Source of the DNA: a virus
Taxonomy: Duplodnaviria > Caudoviricetes
Reading direction: 5' to 3' (one strand)
IMG/VR virus record: IMGVR_UViG_3300032116_000002
DNA length: 64,000 bases
Shown: one piece after another, positions 17,202 through 25,260 of the stretch
Position numbering within the stretch: the first letter of the stretch is position 1
Layout of the letters: every line of letters starts with the position of its first letter
Notes under the pieces: model-generated
Seen by the model: the letters and a program-made list of their open reading frames with translations, nothing else
The model's database searches: none
Told to the model about the DNA's origin: nothing
Translations under genes and position numbers: made by a program

Positions 17202-18011
17202 ATGATCAGAGGTATCGGTGGCAGACCATATGTAAACTTAGATGAATTTATTGATATTGAAAAATTTAAAAGTTTACATCCAGAAATAATGCATGGATTT
17301 GCTACAGCAAGACAATTCGCTAAAGAAGGCACTTGGATGAAGCCAGGCTTTGATACTGCAAAAGGCAGTTATCAATATTTTTGGAAACCTATTTACAAAG
17401 CAGTTGAAGAATATCTAGCATTACCCGATGACGATCCAATTAAAGTAGGTGGTTGGGATTTATATACAAGCATTAAAGATCATCATACTAGAAATATATT
17501 CACACGATATTTAAAAATGGCAATGGGTGCATATGACCCATACATTTATTATTTCTTATGGGAAGAAGGTAGTTGGGACGATAGAACTGCACCTAGAAAA
17601 TTAACAGAAGAAGCTGTACACTTTCCTAATGTTGTGCAATGGATTGAAAGCATGGTAGGAACAGTCTTTGAAGATGTGGGTAGAGTTATTTTCTTTCATT
17701 GTGAAGCAGATGGCATACCTTTTGAACACAGAGACCTAGATGCCAAGAACGGCGTTATGGATGAAAACATGTATAGCCCACATAGAAATGAATTCATACA
17801 TCTAAGAGCAAACACAAAGAAAGGATTCTATGTATGGGATCCTGATGCTAAAAACAAATATTTCTTAAACTGTCACGCAGCTTGGTGGAACGACCAAGAC
17901 TGGCATGGTGGCGAAAGAATAATGGAACAGAGTTATAGTTTACGAATAGACGGAAAGTTTACTGAGGATTTTAGAAAACAGATTGGTGTTGATCACTTAG
18001 AATACTATTGA
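17202..18011 (+). CDS. 2OG-Fe(II)/cupin oxygenase-like protein
   Basis: GRVIFF..PFEHRD and DWHGG (HxD...H). Confidence 0.6.
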   Translation: MIRGIGGRPYVNLDEFIDIEKFKSLHPEIMHGFATARQFAKEGTWMKPGFDTAKGSYQYFWKPIYKAVEEYLALPDDDPIKVGGWDLYTSIKDHHTRNIFTRYLKMAMGAYDPYIYYFLWEEGSWDDRTAPRKLTEEAVHFPNVVQWIESMVGTVFEDVGRVIFFHCEADGIPFEHRDLDAKNGVMDENMYSPHRNEFIHLRANTKKGFYVWDPDAKNKYFLNCHAAWWNDQDWHGGERIMEQSYSLRIDGKFTEDFRKQIGVDHLEYY

Positions 18012-18614
18012 TTTAGCTTCTTCTAACACTGTTTCTATTTTGTCGCTACCTGTAATTCTTTTTATTTCATTGATTGTTTTTTCAGTTAATTTAACTTTGT
18101 ATTCAATCTGATGAATTTTAGGGTGTTGTAGCCAAAATTCAATACTATCTATAATATCTTTGTAGGTAATGCTGTAATCACTATCAATTCTAGCAGGACT
18201 ATGATCACTGAGTGTTGATTCAGCAAATGCTATTTTTAATAGCAAGATATTAGCGATTCGTTCATCATCAATTATACCAATTTTTCTACTAGTTTCTTCT
18301 AATTCTAATTTATTAATTATATTTTTTCTACCTAATACTTCTTCATAATCTGTAACAGCACTGCCCATAACAACAATATTAGGTGTAATAGTTGATGCCT
18401 TAATTAATAAATCTATTTGACTTGATAAGCCATCAAATGCGTTATTGATGAATAAATCTGCTGTCATTACATGATCTAATATTTTATCAATATCAGCTTT
18501 TATATCGTAGCCGTTACTACGTGATAATCCTATTACTTCATGTCCGACATTCTCAAAATAATCGTAACATGCTTTACCTATACCCTTTGTGTGTCCTGTA
18601 ATTACTATTTTCAT
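17997..18614 (-). CDS. Atypical short-chain dehydrogenase/reductase
   Basis: TGHTKGIG Rossmann motif, INNA, MGS; no YxxxK. Confidence 0.7.
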   Translation of the reverse strand: MKIVITGHTKGIGKACYDYFENVGHEVIGLSRSNGYDIKADIDKILDHVMTADLFINNAFDGLSSQIDLLIKASTITPNIVVMGSAVTDYEEVLGRKNIINKLELEETSRKIGIIDDERIANILLLKIAFAESTLSDHSPARIDSDYSITYKDIIDSIEFWLQHPKIHQIEYKVKLTEKTINEIKRITGSDKIETVLEEAKSIVF

Positions 18615-19147
18615 TCGTATGCCAAATAATTAAATTGATATTTTACTGTGTATCCGAAGTTAGCACTACCATGCCAATCTTTGTAACTATGCCAACGATA
18701 CACATCCCCTTGTTGCCCACCTACTATGGCATAGTTACTGACTACTGCAACTTGCCCAGTTCCATCTTTGTTGATTCTTGCTGTATATCTCACTAATGAG
18801 CCTTTGTTTTCATACTCATCCGCAAAATCATCTATGTCCCAATGCCATGGTGCAGTACAACCAGGATTGATTCTGCTTATCCATGCTCTTGCATAATTAG
18901 TATTACCTACAAACTCTCCAAATAGCTTATCTATATTTGAATCATAATCTTTGTTTGGATAGTAATTAATCCACTCTGCACTTTCTTTTAGATAGTTACT
19001 GTCGATTGATAGTTGTTTAATTTTTATAAACTCAGGGTGATCCCAATCCCAACGTGGTAGTGCAACACCTGGTTTGTTTTCTATACTGTTGATGACTTCA
19101 TCCCAGTTGATTATATTACTACAATTTCCTATGTGGGTTGGACTCAT
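18611..19147 (-). CDS. 2OG-Fe(II)/cupin oxygenase-like protein
   Basis: ISRINPGCTAPWHWD and WHGSAN. Confidence 0.7.
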   Translation of the reverse strand: MSPTHIGNCSNIINWDEVINSIENKPGVALPRWDWDHPEFIKIKQLSIDSNYLKESAEWINYYPNKDYDSNIDKLFGEFVGNTNYARAWISRINPGCTAPWHWDIDDFADEYENKGSLVRYTARINKDGTGQVAVVSNYAIVGGQQGDVYRWHSYKDWHGSANFGYTVKYQFNYLAYE

Positions 19148-19767
19148 AGAATTTCAGTAAGCATAACACCCCATTCAGTGATATGCTTTTTAACGCCTTG
19201 TTCGTAAAACACAGTAAGGTCTACATTGTCACCGAATGTACTTTCAAGCCAACGGTCTTGACTTTTTTGACCTATTACATGTTTCAATATATGCACGGGG
19301 ACAGTTGCTTGCGCTTTGTCAACGCAAGCATACATATCAAAGGTATGTAATGTATTATCTTTGATATAAAAACTATGCGGTTGTATAGTAAGTTTAATAA
19401 AATTATTTGATTCTAAATCTTGTATAATTTGTTTTAATTGTGATTTCCAATCTATACAATGATCTTCTAAAGCACGATTGGTAAACAATACATTGTTACA
19501 AGATTCTGTAAATTCTATAAAAATTTTCTTAGTTGAAGTATCAACATGTTTAACTACTGGTGCCCAAGAATAATTTTTAAATTGCTCTAAGTATTTTAAT
19601 TCACGATCCCAATAAAATGAATTATCAAAATCTATTCTAGCATTTCCGTAATCCATGCATAATGTGCCACTATCTTTATCTAACAATGGCACATATACAT
19701 GATTAGTATAACTGGGTACATCAAAATCTAATCTAAAAACTTCTTCCCAATTATCTGTGTTATACAT
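19144..19767 (-). CDS. Protein-kinase-like fold protein, paralog of 16476-17165
   Basis: Shared WDREL.Y, P.V...D....KI..E, W..Q...II, and S(F/Y)(Y/F)I.D..L motifs. Confidence 0.5.
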   Translation of the reverse strand: MYNTDNWEEVFRLDFDVPSYTNHVYVPLLDKDSGTLCMDYGNARIDFDNSFYWDRELKYLEQFKNYSWAPVVKHVDTSTKKIFIEFTESCNNVLFTNRALEDHCIDWKSQLKQIIQDLESNNFIKLTIQPHSFYIKDNTLHTFDMYACVDKAQATVPVHILKHVIGQKSQDRWLESTFGDNVDLTVFYEQGVKKHITEWGVMLTEIL

Positions 19768-19889
19768 TATTTCTCCGTTTTAGAAATCATTGCTCTGATT
19801 TTTGTTTCAAGCATTTTAGCCCAAAATGGTTGTGGGAAGTTCCAACCTATAAATGCTCCTACTAATATCCATAAAAGTGTATCTAACAT
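19767..19889 (-). CDS. 40-aa membrane peptide MLDTLLWILVGAFIGWNFPQPFWAKMLETKIRAMISKTEK
   Basis: Manual translation; AAGGAG SD; TAATG overlap with the next gene. Below the ORF-track cutoff. Confidence 0.75.
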   Translation of the reverse strand: MLDTLLWILVGAFIGWNFPQPFWAKMLETKIRAMISKTEK

Positions 19890-19900
19890 AATATAGCTCC

Positions 19901-20284
19901 TTATTGTAAGTTATGTTTTTGTTTATAATCGTTCACTGCTGCTTTGATAGCATCCTCCGCCAGTATTGAACAGTGAATTTTGACTGGCGGTAAAGCCAAC
20001 TCCTCTGCAATTTCCGTGTTCTTAATTTCTGTAGCTTCCGTAAGTGTTTTGCCTTTAAGCCATGTCGTGACCAACGACGAACTAGCAATCGCCGAACCAC
20101 ACCCATAGGTTTTGAATTTTGCATCGGTGATAGTTTCATTTTCTACCTTTATCTGAAGTTGTAGGACGTCTCCGCAAGCCGGGGCTCCAACTAAGCCTGT
20201 TCCTACACTAGGATCATTTTTATCTAACTTACCTACATTTCTAGGATTTTCATAATGATCTAATACTTGACCTGAATATGCCAT
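19901..20284 (-). CDS. iscU: Fe-S cluster scaffold IscU
   Basis: LDHYENPRNVG, GAPACGD, GCGSAIASS and LPPVKIHC; all three Cys plus the HscA-binding LPPVK. Confidence 0.97.
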   Translation of the reverse strand: MAYSGQVLDHYENPRNVGKLDKNDPSVGTGLVGAPACGDVLQLQIKVENETITDAKFKTYGCGSAIASSSLVTTWLKGKTLTEATEIKNTEIAEELALPPVKIHCSILAEDAIKAAVNDYKQKHNLQ

Positions 20285-20803
20285 TTAAAACGTTCCTTCC
20301 TTTGTTTCTACAACTAACCAACCTAATTTAAATAAATCTTCTTTTACTTCATCAGTGACTTCACCTTCACCAACATAATGTTTAGTTAAGTCACCATCAT
20401 CGTGACGTATGCCACTACAGTACCAATCCATGTAATCACCTTCTCCAGTAAGGTCAGCGACAATGCCGCCTGCATAACGCCAACTGCAAGTCCATACTTC
20501 ATCTTTTAAAATAGGCATAACATCATTGCGTTGGAACTCATTATTGCATAATGCTGCGTAAATATTTTGTGCGTAGGCTCTATTTTTGCATTTTTCTACG
20601 ATAAGTTCACTACTACGCAAATCGTATTCTAAGTTATTCTTTTGCCATTCTGGATCATTCTCTAAAGCCATTTTATCTGCTTCAAAGTTAATGTAAAAGT
20701 CTGCTAGTTTTTCCTTCATATCATCTTCATAGGTATCAGGAATTCTAGCAATTCTATTTTGTAGAGTTTGCTCTCTGTGTTTACTTATAGCTAACTTCTT
20801 CAT
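20285..20803 (-). CDS. Hypothetical protein, 172 aa
   Basis: Long ORF coupled to iscU; no recognised motif. Confidence 0.8.
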   Translation of the reverse strand: MKKLAISKHREQTLQNRIARIPDTYEDDMKEKLADFYINFEADKMALENDPEWQKNNLEYDLRSSELIVEKCKNRAYAQNIYAALCNNEFQRNDVMPILKDEVWTCSWRYAGGIVADLTGEGDYMDWYCSGIRHDDGDLTKHYVGEGEVTDEVKEDLFKLGWLVVETKEGTF

Positions 20804-21218
20804 TGTTGACTTCTATCCAAGTATGATCACCTAAATATTGCACCTGTGTTATATACTCATAACTATCAGGTACCCCTGTTGTCCAATCATTCGGTCCCAT
20901 TGGTATAAGAATATTTTTCTGTATCTTGTTATCAAATGCTAACCAATATGTTTTACCGTGAAACAATTGAAATTTATATTCCGCAGCATGTACCATATCG
21001 GTTATATCAAGTCTGCGCTTTAACTGCTCTGCTTGTTTTTGTAATACAGTAACAAGCTCCATAATTCTGTTGTATTCTTGCTGAGCATACATTCTTGCTG
21101 TATTCAGCATTAAATCTTTTTGTTGTTTTACTGGGACAAGCTCAAACTTCGGAGCCCCAATATCCATAGGATATGTTAGGCTATGATGTTTATCGGGGTC
21201 CGAAGGTTTTAGTCTCAT
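20781..21218 (-). CDS. DUF2452-like hypothetical protein
   Basis: Y...IGAP.F and AEYKFQLFHGKTYWL pattern. Start at ATG 21218 (ATGA overlap). Confidence 0.5.
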   Translation of the reverse strand: MRLKPSDPDKHHSLTYPMDIGAPKFELVPVKQQKDLMLNTARMYAQQEYNRIMELVTVLQKQAEQLKRRLDITDMVHAAEYKFQLFHGKTYWLAFDNKIQKNILIPMGPNDWTTGVPDSYEYITQVQYLGDHTWIEVNNEEVSYK

Positions 21219-21454
21219 TGTCTGTAACAAATAACGTGAAGTATTCCGCCTAGTGAAACAAAGGCTACCCACGTATTTAGTGTGTATGGTATAGCAAGAC
21301 TTGGGAACAATGTGTTAATTGCCCAAATGCCTACTATTGGACTAAGAATAAAAAAGCCCAATATTAATAACATAGTAACTACAGTGCCCAAAAGCGGACC
21401 AAACATTGCTCTTGTTCTTACTGCGTTTCTTTTCATACTAATACCTTTAAGCAT
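21215..21454 (-). CDS. Small membrane protein (2-3 TM)
   Basis: Hydrophobic segments; start position uncertain. Confidence 0.65.
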   Translation of the reverse strand: MLKGISMKRNAVRTRAMFGPLLGTVVTMLLILGFFILSPIVGIWAINTLFPSLAIPYTLNTWVAFVSLGGILHVICYRQ

Positions 21455-22106
21455 CTTTCACCCCCTTTACTTGATTAGGTTTTTTACTACGATGTTTTTC
21501 GTAGAAAATATGGTTTCCAATTTTCACTACCTTTCTATAAGGCCACATCGGATTTACCCATAAATTATGAAAGAATAAAACTGTGCTTGGCACTACGTCT
21601 TTATATGAATCATATGCTAGTACATTATATGCAATTCTTTCACTTTGTTTGTATCTTGGATCGTTGACATTCAATGGTCTTCTATCACTTTCACATACCC
21701 AACTAAATTGGCACAATTTTACCTTTTTATGACCTTCATCATCAATATATGGATCATCGTCCACTGGCATTAACTTTGTGCTAACTTGATAAACCACTGA
21801 GCAAGGATTAGCTGCGAATCCATGTGCTACACGATTCATTACTACCCTAGCAACTGCTTGTTTGCCCTTTTCAGACTCACTGCCTGCTTCATAAAAAATA
21901 TTTGTAGCCAAACATTTTAGTTGCTTTGCATCAACATATTTTGGTTTAACCGGTACTTGTACGACCTCTTCTTCTTCAGCAAGAATTTCAGGAATAACAA
22001 GCAACGTTTCTCTATTAATAATTAAAAACATACCCAAAAATAAGACGCCGAGGGTAGTTAAAAACTTCTTAATACTAATAATACGTAGGTTTGGTAGGTA
22101 ACTCAT
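21447..22106 (-). CDS. SleB-like cell wall hydrolase (Hydrolase_2) with N-terminal membrane anchor
   Basis: CLATNIFYEAGSE..GKQAVARVVMNRV, CQFSW, FFH, IGNHIFY. SD AAAGGAG before ATG 22106. Confidence 0.9.
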   Translation of the reverse strand: MSYLPNLRIISIKKFLTTLGVLFLGMFLIINRETLLVIPEILAEEEEVVQVPVKPKYVDAKQLKCLATNIFYEAGSESEKGKQAVARVVMNRVAHGFAANPCSVVYQVSTKLMPVDDDPYIDDEGHKKVKLCQFSWVCESDRRPLNVNDPRYKQSERIAYNVLAYDSYKDVVPSTVLFFHNLWVNPMWPYRKVVKIGNHIFYEKHRSKKPNQVKGVKDA

Positions 22107-22179
22107 AAATCTCCTTTCCACCCATAGTATACACTACAAGCTTAAAAAAAACAAGAATTTTGGATATAACTTAACTAAG

Positions 22180-24405
22180 TTATAAATTCTCTAAGTCGTC
22201 CCAACAATCACAGTTACAGTCTATAACCTCTTGAGCCGCTGCTTCTACTGTGTTGATATGGACAATTACATTTGAAGATATATCAAATATATCTAAATTT
22301 GAAGGGATAAGCGAAGTTTCGTTAGATCCTGCGAAACTACCTGGTTCCAATGCTGCACCTGTAACCTTTGGTACACTTAAATTCCCTGAGGGCACAATTG
22401 GTTTATCGTCTGGTACATCATTATCCAGAACACCTCCTGCTAACCCTAACCTTTTTGCGTTGCGTGCCTCTCGCATCGCCGCAATTATACTTTTTCCTCC
22501 TATAGTTGTGTCGCTTATTTTCTCAAGTGTGGCTGCAGCCATTCCATACCCGGTATCTTCAGCATAATTATCTAAATTCTCAGCAAATGAGTACAAGTCT
22601 AATTGATTTGCACTGTCATTCGCCGTTATAAAGCTATTTCTAGCATTTATCTCTATAACTAATTGTGAACCTAAATTTCTCCACAATGTATTTAACTCTT
22701 GTGCTAAGGCTGACTTAGCGTTTCTTATATTTGTTATCTCTGTGTTTGCCTGTGTAATTAAAGTAGTCAAAACACTGTCGTTGTTTCTTGCTACATTTAA
22801 TTCTGTAACCATGTTTGTATAAATTTGCTTTAACGTAGATGTTTGTAATTCCAAAACCAATGCATTTATTCTTGCAATCTTATAAGGTATTCCACTCATT
22901 GAACCAAAAAAGTCGTTGAATATATAACTACCGTCAACTCCACTTCCTTTAGCAACGTTCTGTATGATTGAATTTACGTATGCAGGATCGTTTGGTGTTG
23001 TTGTACCATTTATACCTGTTATGTCGCTAATTGATTCCATGTTAGTCACAACCTGCGCAAACTTTTCAATATCCATTGTAGTGATGTTTTTAATTTGTAG
23101 CATACTACGTTTGAATGCGTCATTTGCAACTGCTATGTTTTCTGGTAAAATAACTTTTAAATCTGTGCCATAATCTTTATTTAATAAAGCACCGTTAGTT
23201 CCCTTACCAGAAAATATAAATTGATATATCTTACTGTTCGCTCTTGCTGTTGTAGTATTATAGATTGGAGTAGTTAATGAATTTCTACTGACTGGAAATA
23301 ATTTAGCAACATCAAGTAAATCAACTAAACTATTTAAATTTTGTGTTTGAGTATTGAGTGGTATTAGTACCTCATTTAATTCTTCACCCATAACTAATTT
23401 AAATGCCTCATAGATTTTCTTTTCTTGTTCTATAGTAGGATTAACTGTTTCTTGAGTTAGGTCTAAAATTTCCTCTGTGGTTAATCCAGCTGAGACTAAA
23501 GCAATGTTTACTGATTCAGTAATAGCATTGTTCTCTTGTAATGTAATCAATAAACTATATGGACTACCAAAACTATCTAATTTCTTTAAATCTAATGCTT
23601 TACCTAATCTTATTAAGTCTTGACCAAAAGACAAAGTAGCTAATGACACGCCGGTAACATCACCAGTAATCAAATCATTCATGTTGCTGTAAGTGCCATT
23701 AAGAAAGCCAACTGAGTTAGTTATGCTATTGATAGTTTTATTCAACTGCTTAATCATACCATTAGCTTGTGTAAAGCTTGATATAAAATGAGGATAAGTG
23801 CCTCTATAATAATAAAACTCTTTACTCGCTTGTAAAGCTAAAATTCTTAAAAAGCCATAACTAGAACCTTCATCAGTAAATATTTCTACTTTACTTCCTT
23901 TAGGCGGAGATACAGTAAAACTCAAAAGATTATTATTTACATTATATGTTGATGTAGCTTGTGTTACGCCATCTATCTTGACTGTATAAGGTGATCTTCC
24001 TGTACTAGGAGTTATTGTATTATTAGTTGGTGCTAGATGATTAAATCTGAAAACATTTTGTTCGCCTAATAGCAACCAGCTATCATAGAAAAAAGGATTG
24101 TATGAAATCGTAAACGTATCTGGTGGGCTATTACCCAATGCAGGTATTGTAGTTGAACCAATAGAAATTAAATTATTATAAACACTTTGACTTACATTAC
24201 CGCCTATCTTAGTCCATGCCAATCTTATTGCATCAGACAACGAATTACTAGTAGCGAACCCACCTTTCACGTAATGGTTAGGTGAGTTACTCACACCAGC
24301 ACCGTCAGTGATACCAGGATTAATTCTAAATCCTTCGTTTTTTATTAATCCTGTTACTGCGTTGATGCTTAGGGGAGTATGTTTACCTTGAAGGCTCATG
24401 GGCAA
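22180..24405 (-). CDS. Virion/baseplate-associated protein, 741 aa
   Basis: Coupled to PAAR; contains one V.IDGV.Q..TY beta-sandwich repeat shared with the fibre genes; C-terminal CNCDC. Confidence 0.55.
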   Translation of the reverse strand: MPMSLQGKHTPLSINAVTGLIKNEGFRINPGITDGAGVSNSPNHYVKGGFATSNSLSDAIRLAWTKIGGNVSQSVYNNLISIGSTTIPALGNSPPDTFTISYNPFFYDSWLLLGEQNVFRFNHLAPTNNTITPSTGRSPYTVKIDGVTQATSTYNVNNNLLSFTVSPPKGSKVEIFTDEGSSYGFLRILALQASKEFYYYRGTYPHFISSFTQANGMIKQLNKTINSITNSVGFLNGTYSNMNDLITGDVTGVSLATLSFGQDLIRLGKALDLKKLDSFGSPYSLLITLQENNAITESVNIALVSAGLTTEEILDLTQETVNPTIEQEKKIYEAFKLVMGEELNEVLIPLNTQTQNLNSLVDLLDVAKLFPVSRNSLTTPIYNTTTARANSKIYQFIFSGKGTNGALLNKDYGTDLKVILPENIAVANDAFKRSMLQIKNITTMDIEKFAQVVTNMESISDITGINGTTTPNDPAYVNSIIQNVAKGSGVDGSYIFNDFFGSMSGIPYKIARINALVLELQTSTLKQIYTNMVTELNVARNNDSVLTTLITQANTEITNIRNAKSALAQELNTLWRNLGSQLVIEINARNSFITANDSANQLDLYSFAENLDNYAEDTGYGMAAATLEKISDTTIGGKSIIAAMREARNAKRLGLAGGVLDNDVPDDKPIVPSGNLSVPKVTGAALEPGSFAGSNETSLIPSNLDIFDISSNVIVHINTVEAAAQEVIDCNCDCWDDLENL

Positions 24406-24677
24406 AAGACGTTTGGACTTCCAGTAACAATGCTATGACCGCAACTGTTACCTGATCCAACACGTAAGACTGGACAATTCTCTGCAAACACAGTTGGGCT
24501 ACCATCTGTGGTTGTTGCTGCTGCATGTGGGGGATGTGGTTTTCCAAAGGGTGCGTGTGGTGTTATCTGACTTACATGTAATCCTACAGGAATTCCATTG
24601 GCAAAAACTGTGCCGGCTCCACGCATAATGGCTCCACCCGGTTGATCTGTATCTCCTTTTCTGCTTAGTTGTGGCAT
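24396..24677 (-). CDS. PAAR-type spike tip protein (T4 gp5.4-like)
   Basis: SRKGD, TVFANG.PV, H..PH, TVFAE..PV.R.G...CGH; TAAATA at 24692-24697. Confidence 0.9.
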   Translation of the reverse strand: MPQLSRKGDTDQPGGAIMRGAGTVFANGIPVGLHVSQITPHAPFGKPHPPHAAATTTDGSPTVFAENCPVLRVGSGNSCGHSIVTGSPNVFCP

Positions 24678-24720
24678 AACACCTCTCTAACTATTTACCT
24701 AATATTTTACTTACAATCTA

Positions 24721-25020
24721 TTACCCAAGTACTATCTTTTTCTCAGGGACTTTAATCCCTGTAGTAGCTTCTATATACTTAACTTTAACTTGCTCGTTAG
24801 TATCTCCAACGACAGCAATGCTATTAGTATTTAGTCTAAATTTACCCTCCATATCAGTAGTAAACATGCTTGGAATCATGCCTATACCGTTTTGATTAGG
24901 AGCAATGCTCACAGGCTCAGTAATTTCAATGATATTATCATTGAGATTTACCACTTTTGCCACCATTTCTTCGCCACTGTTTAATTTGAACGAATATACT
25001 TCATTTATACTAAGATTCAT
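24721..25020 (-). CDS. Small beta-barrel (Sm/SH3-like) T4-type hypothetical protein
   Basis: FKLNSGEEMVAKV...I..PV motif. Confidence 0.55.
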   Translation of the reverse strand: MNLSINEVYSFKLNSGEEMVAKVVNLNDNIIEITEPVSIAPNQNGIGMIPSMFTTDMEGKFRLNTNSIAVVGDTNEQVKVKYIEATTGIKVPEKKIVLG

Positions 25021-25022
25021 GT

Positions 25023-25247
25023 TTATCCCATTAATTTTTTCTGTAATTCTGTGTATCCACCGACTAACTCATCATCTAAGAATATCTGCGGAACTGTACG
25101 TGCGTTTGGTACTGCTTCTAATAATTGCTCTTTAGTATACTCTTTATTGATGTTTCTTTCTTCATACTGTATGCCCTTTAATTTCAACAGGGCTTTTGCT
25201 TTATCACAGAAAGGACACATGTCCTTACTCCATACTATTGCTTTCAT
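25023..25247 (-). CDS. grxC: Glutaredoxin (dithiol)
   Basis: CPFC, TVPQIF, GGY; adjacent to nrdB. Confidence 0.92.
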   Translation of the reverse strand: MKAIVWSKDMCPFCDKAKALLKLKGIQYEERNINKEYTKEQLLEAVPNARTVPQIFLDDELVGGYTELQKKLMG

Positions 25248-25260
25248 CTATTTCACCTTA

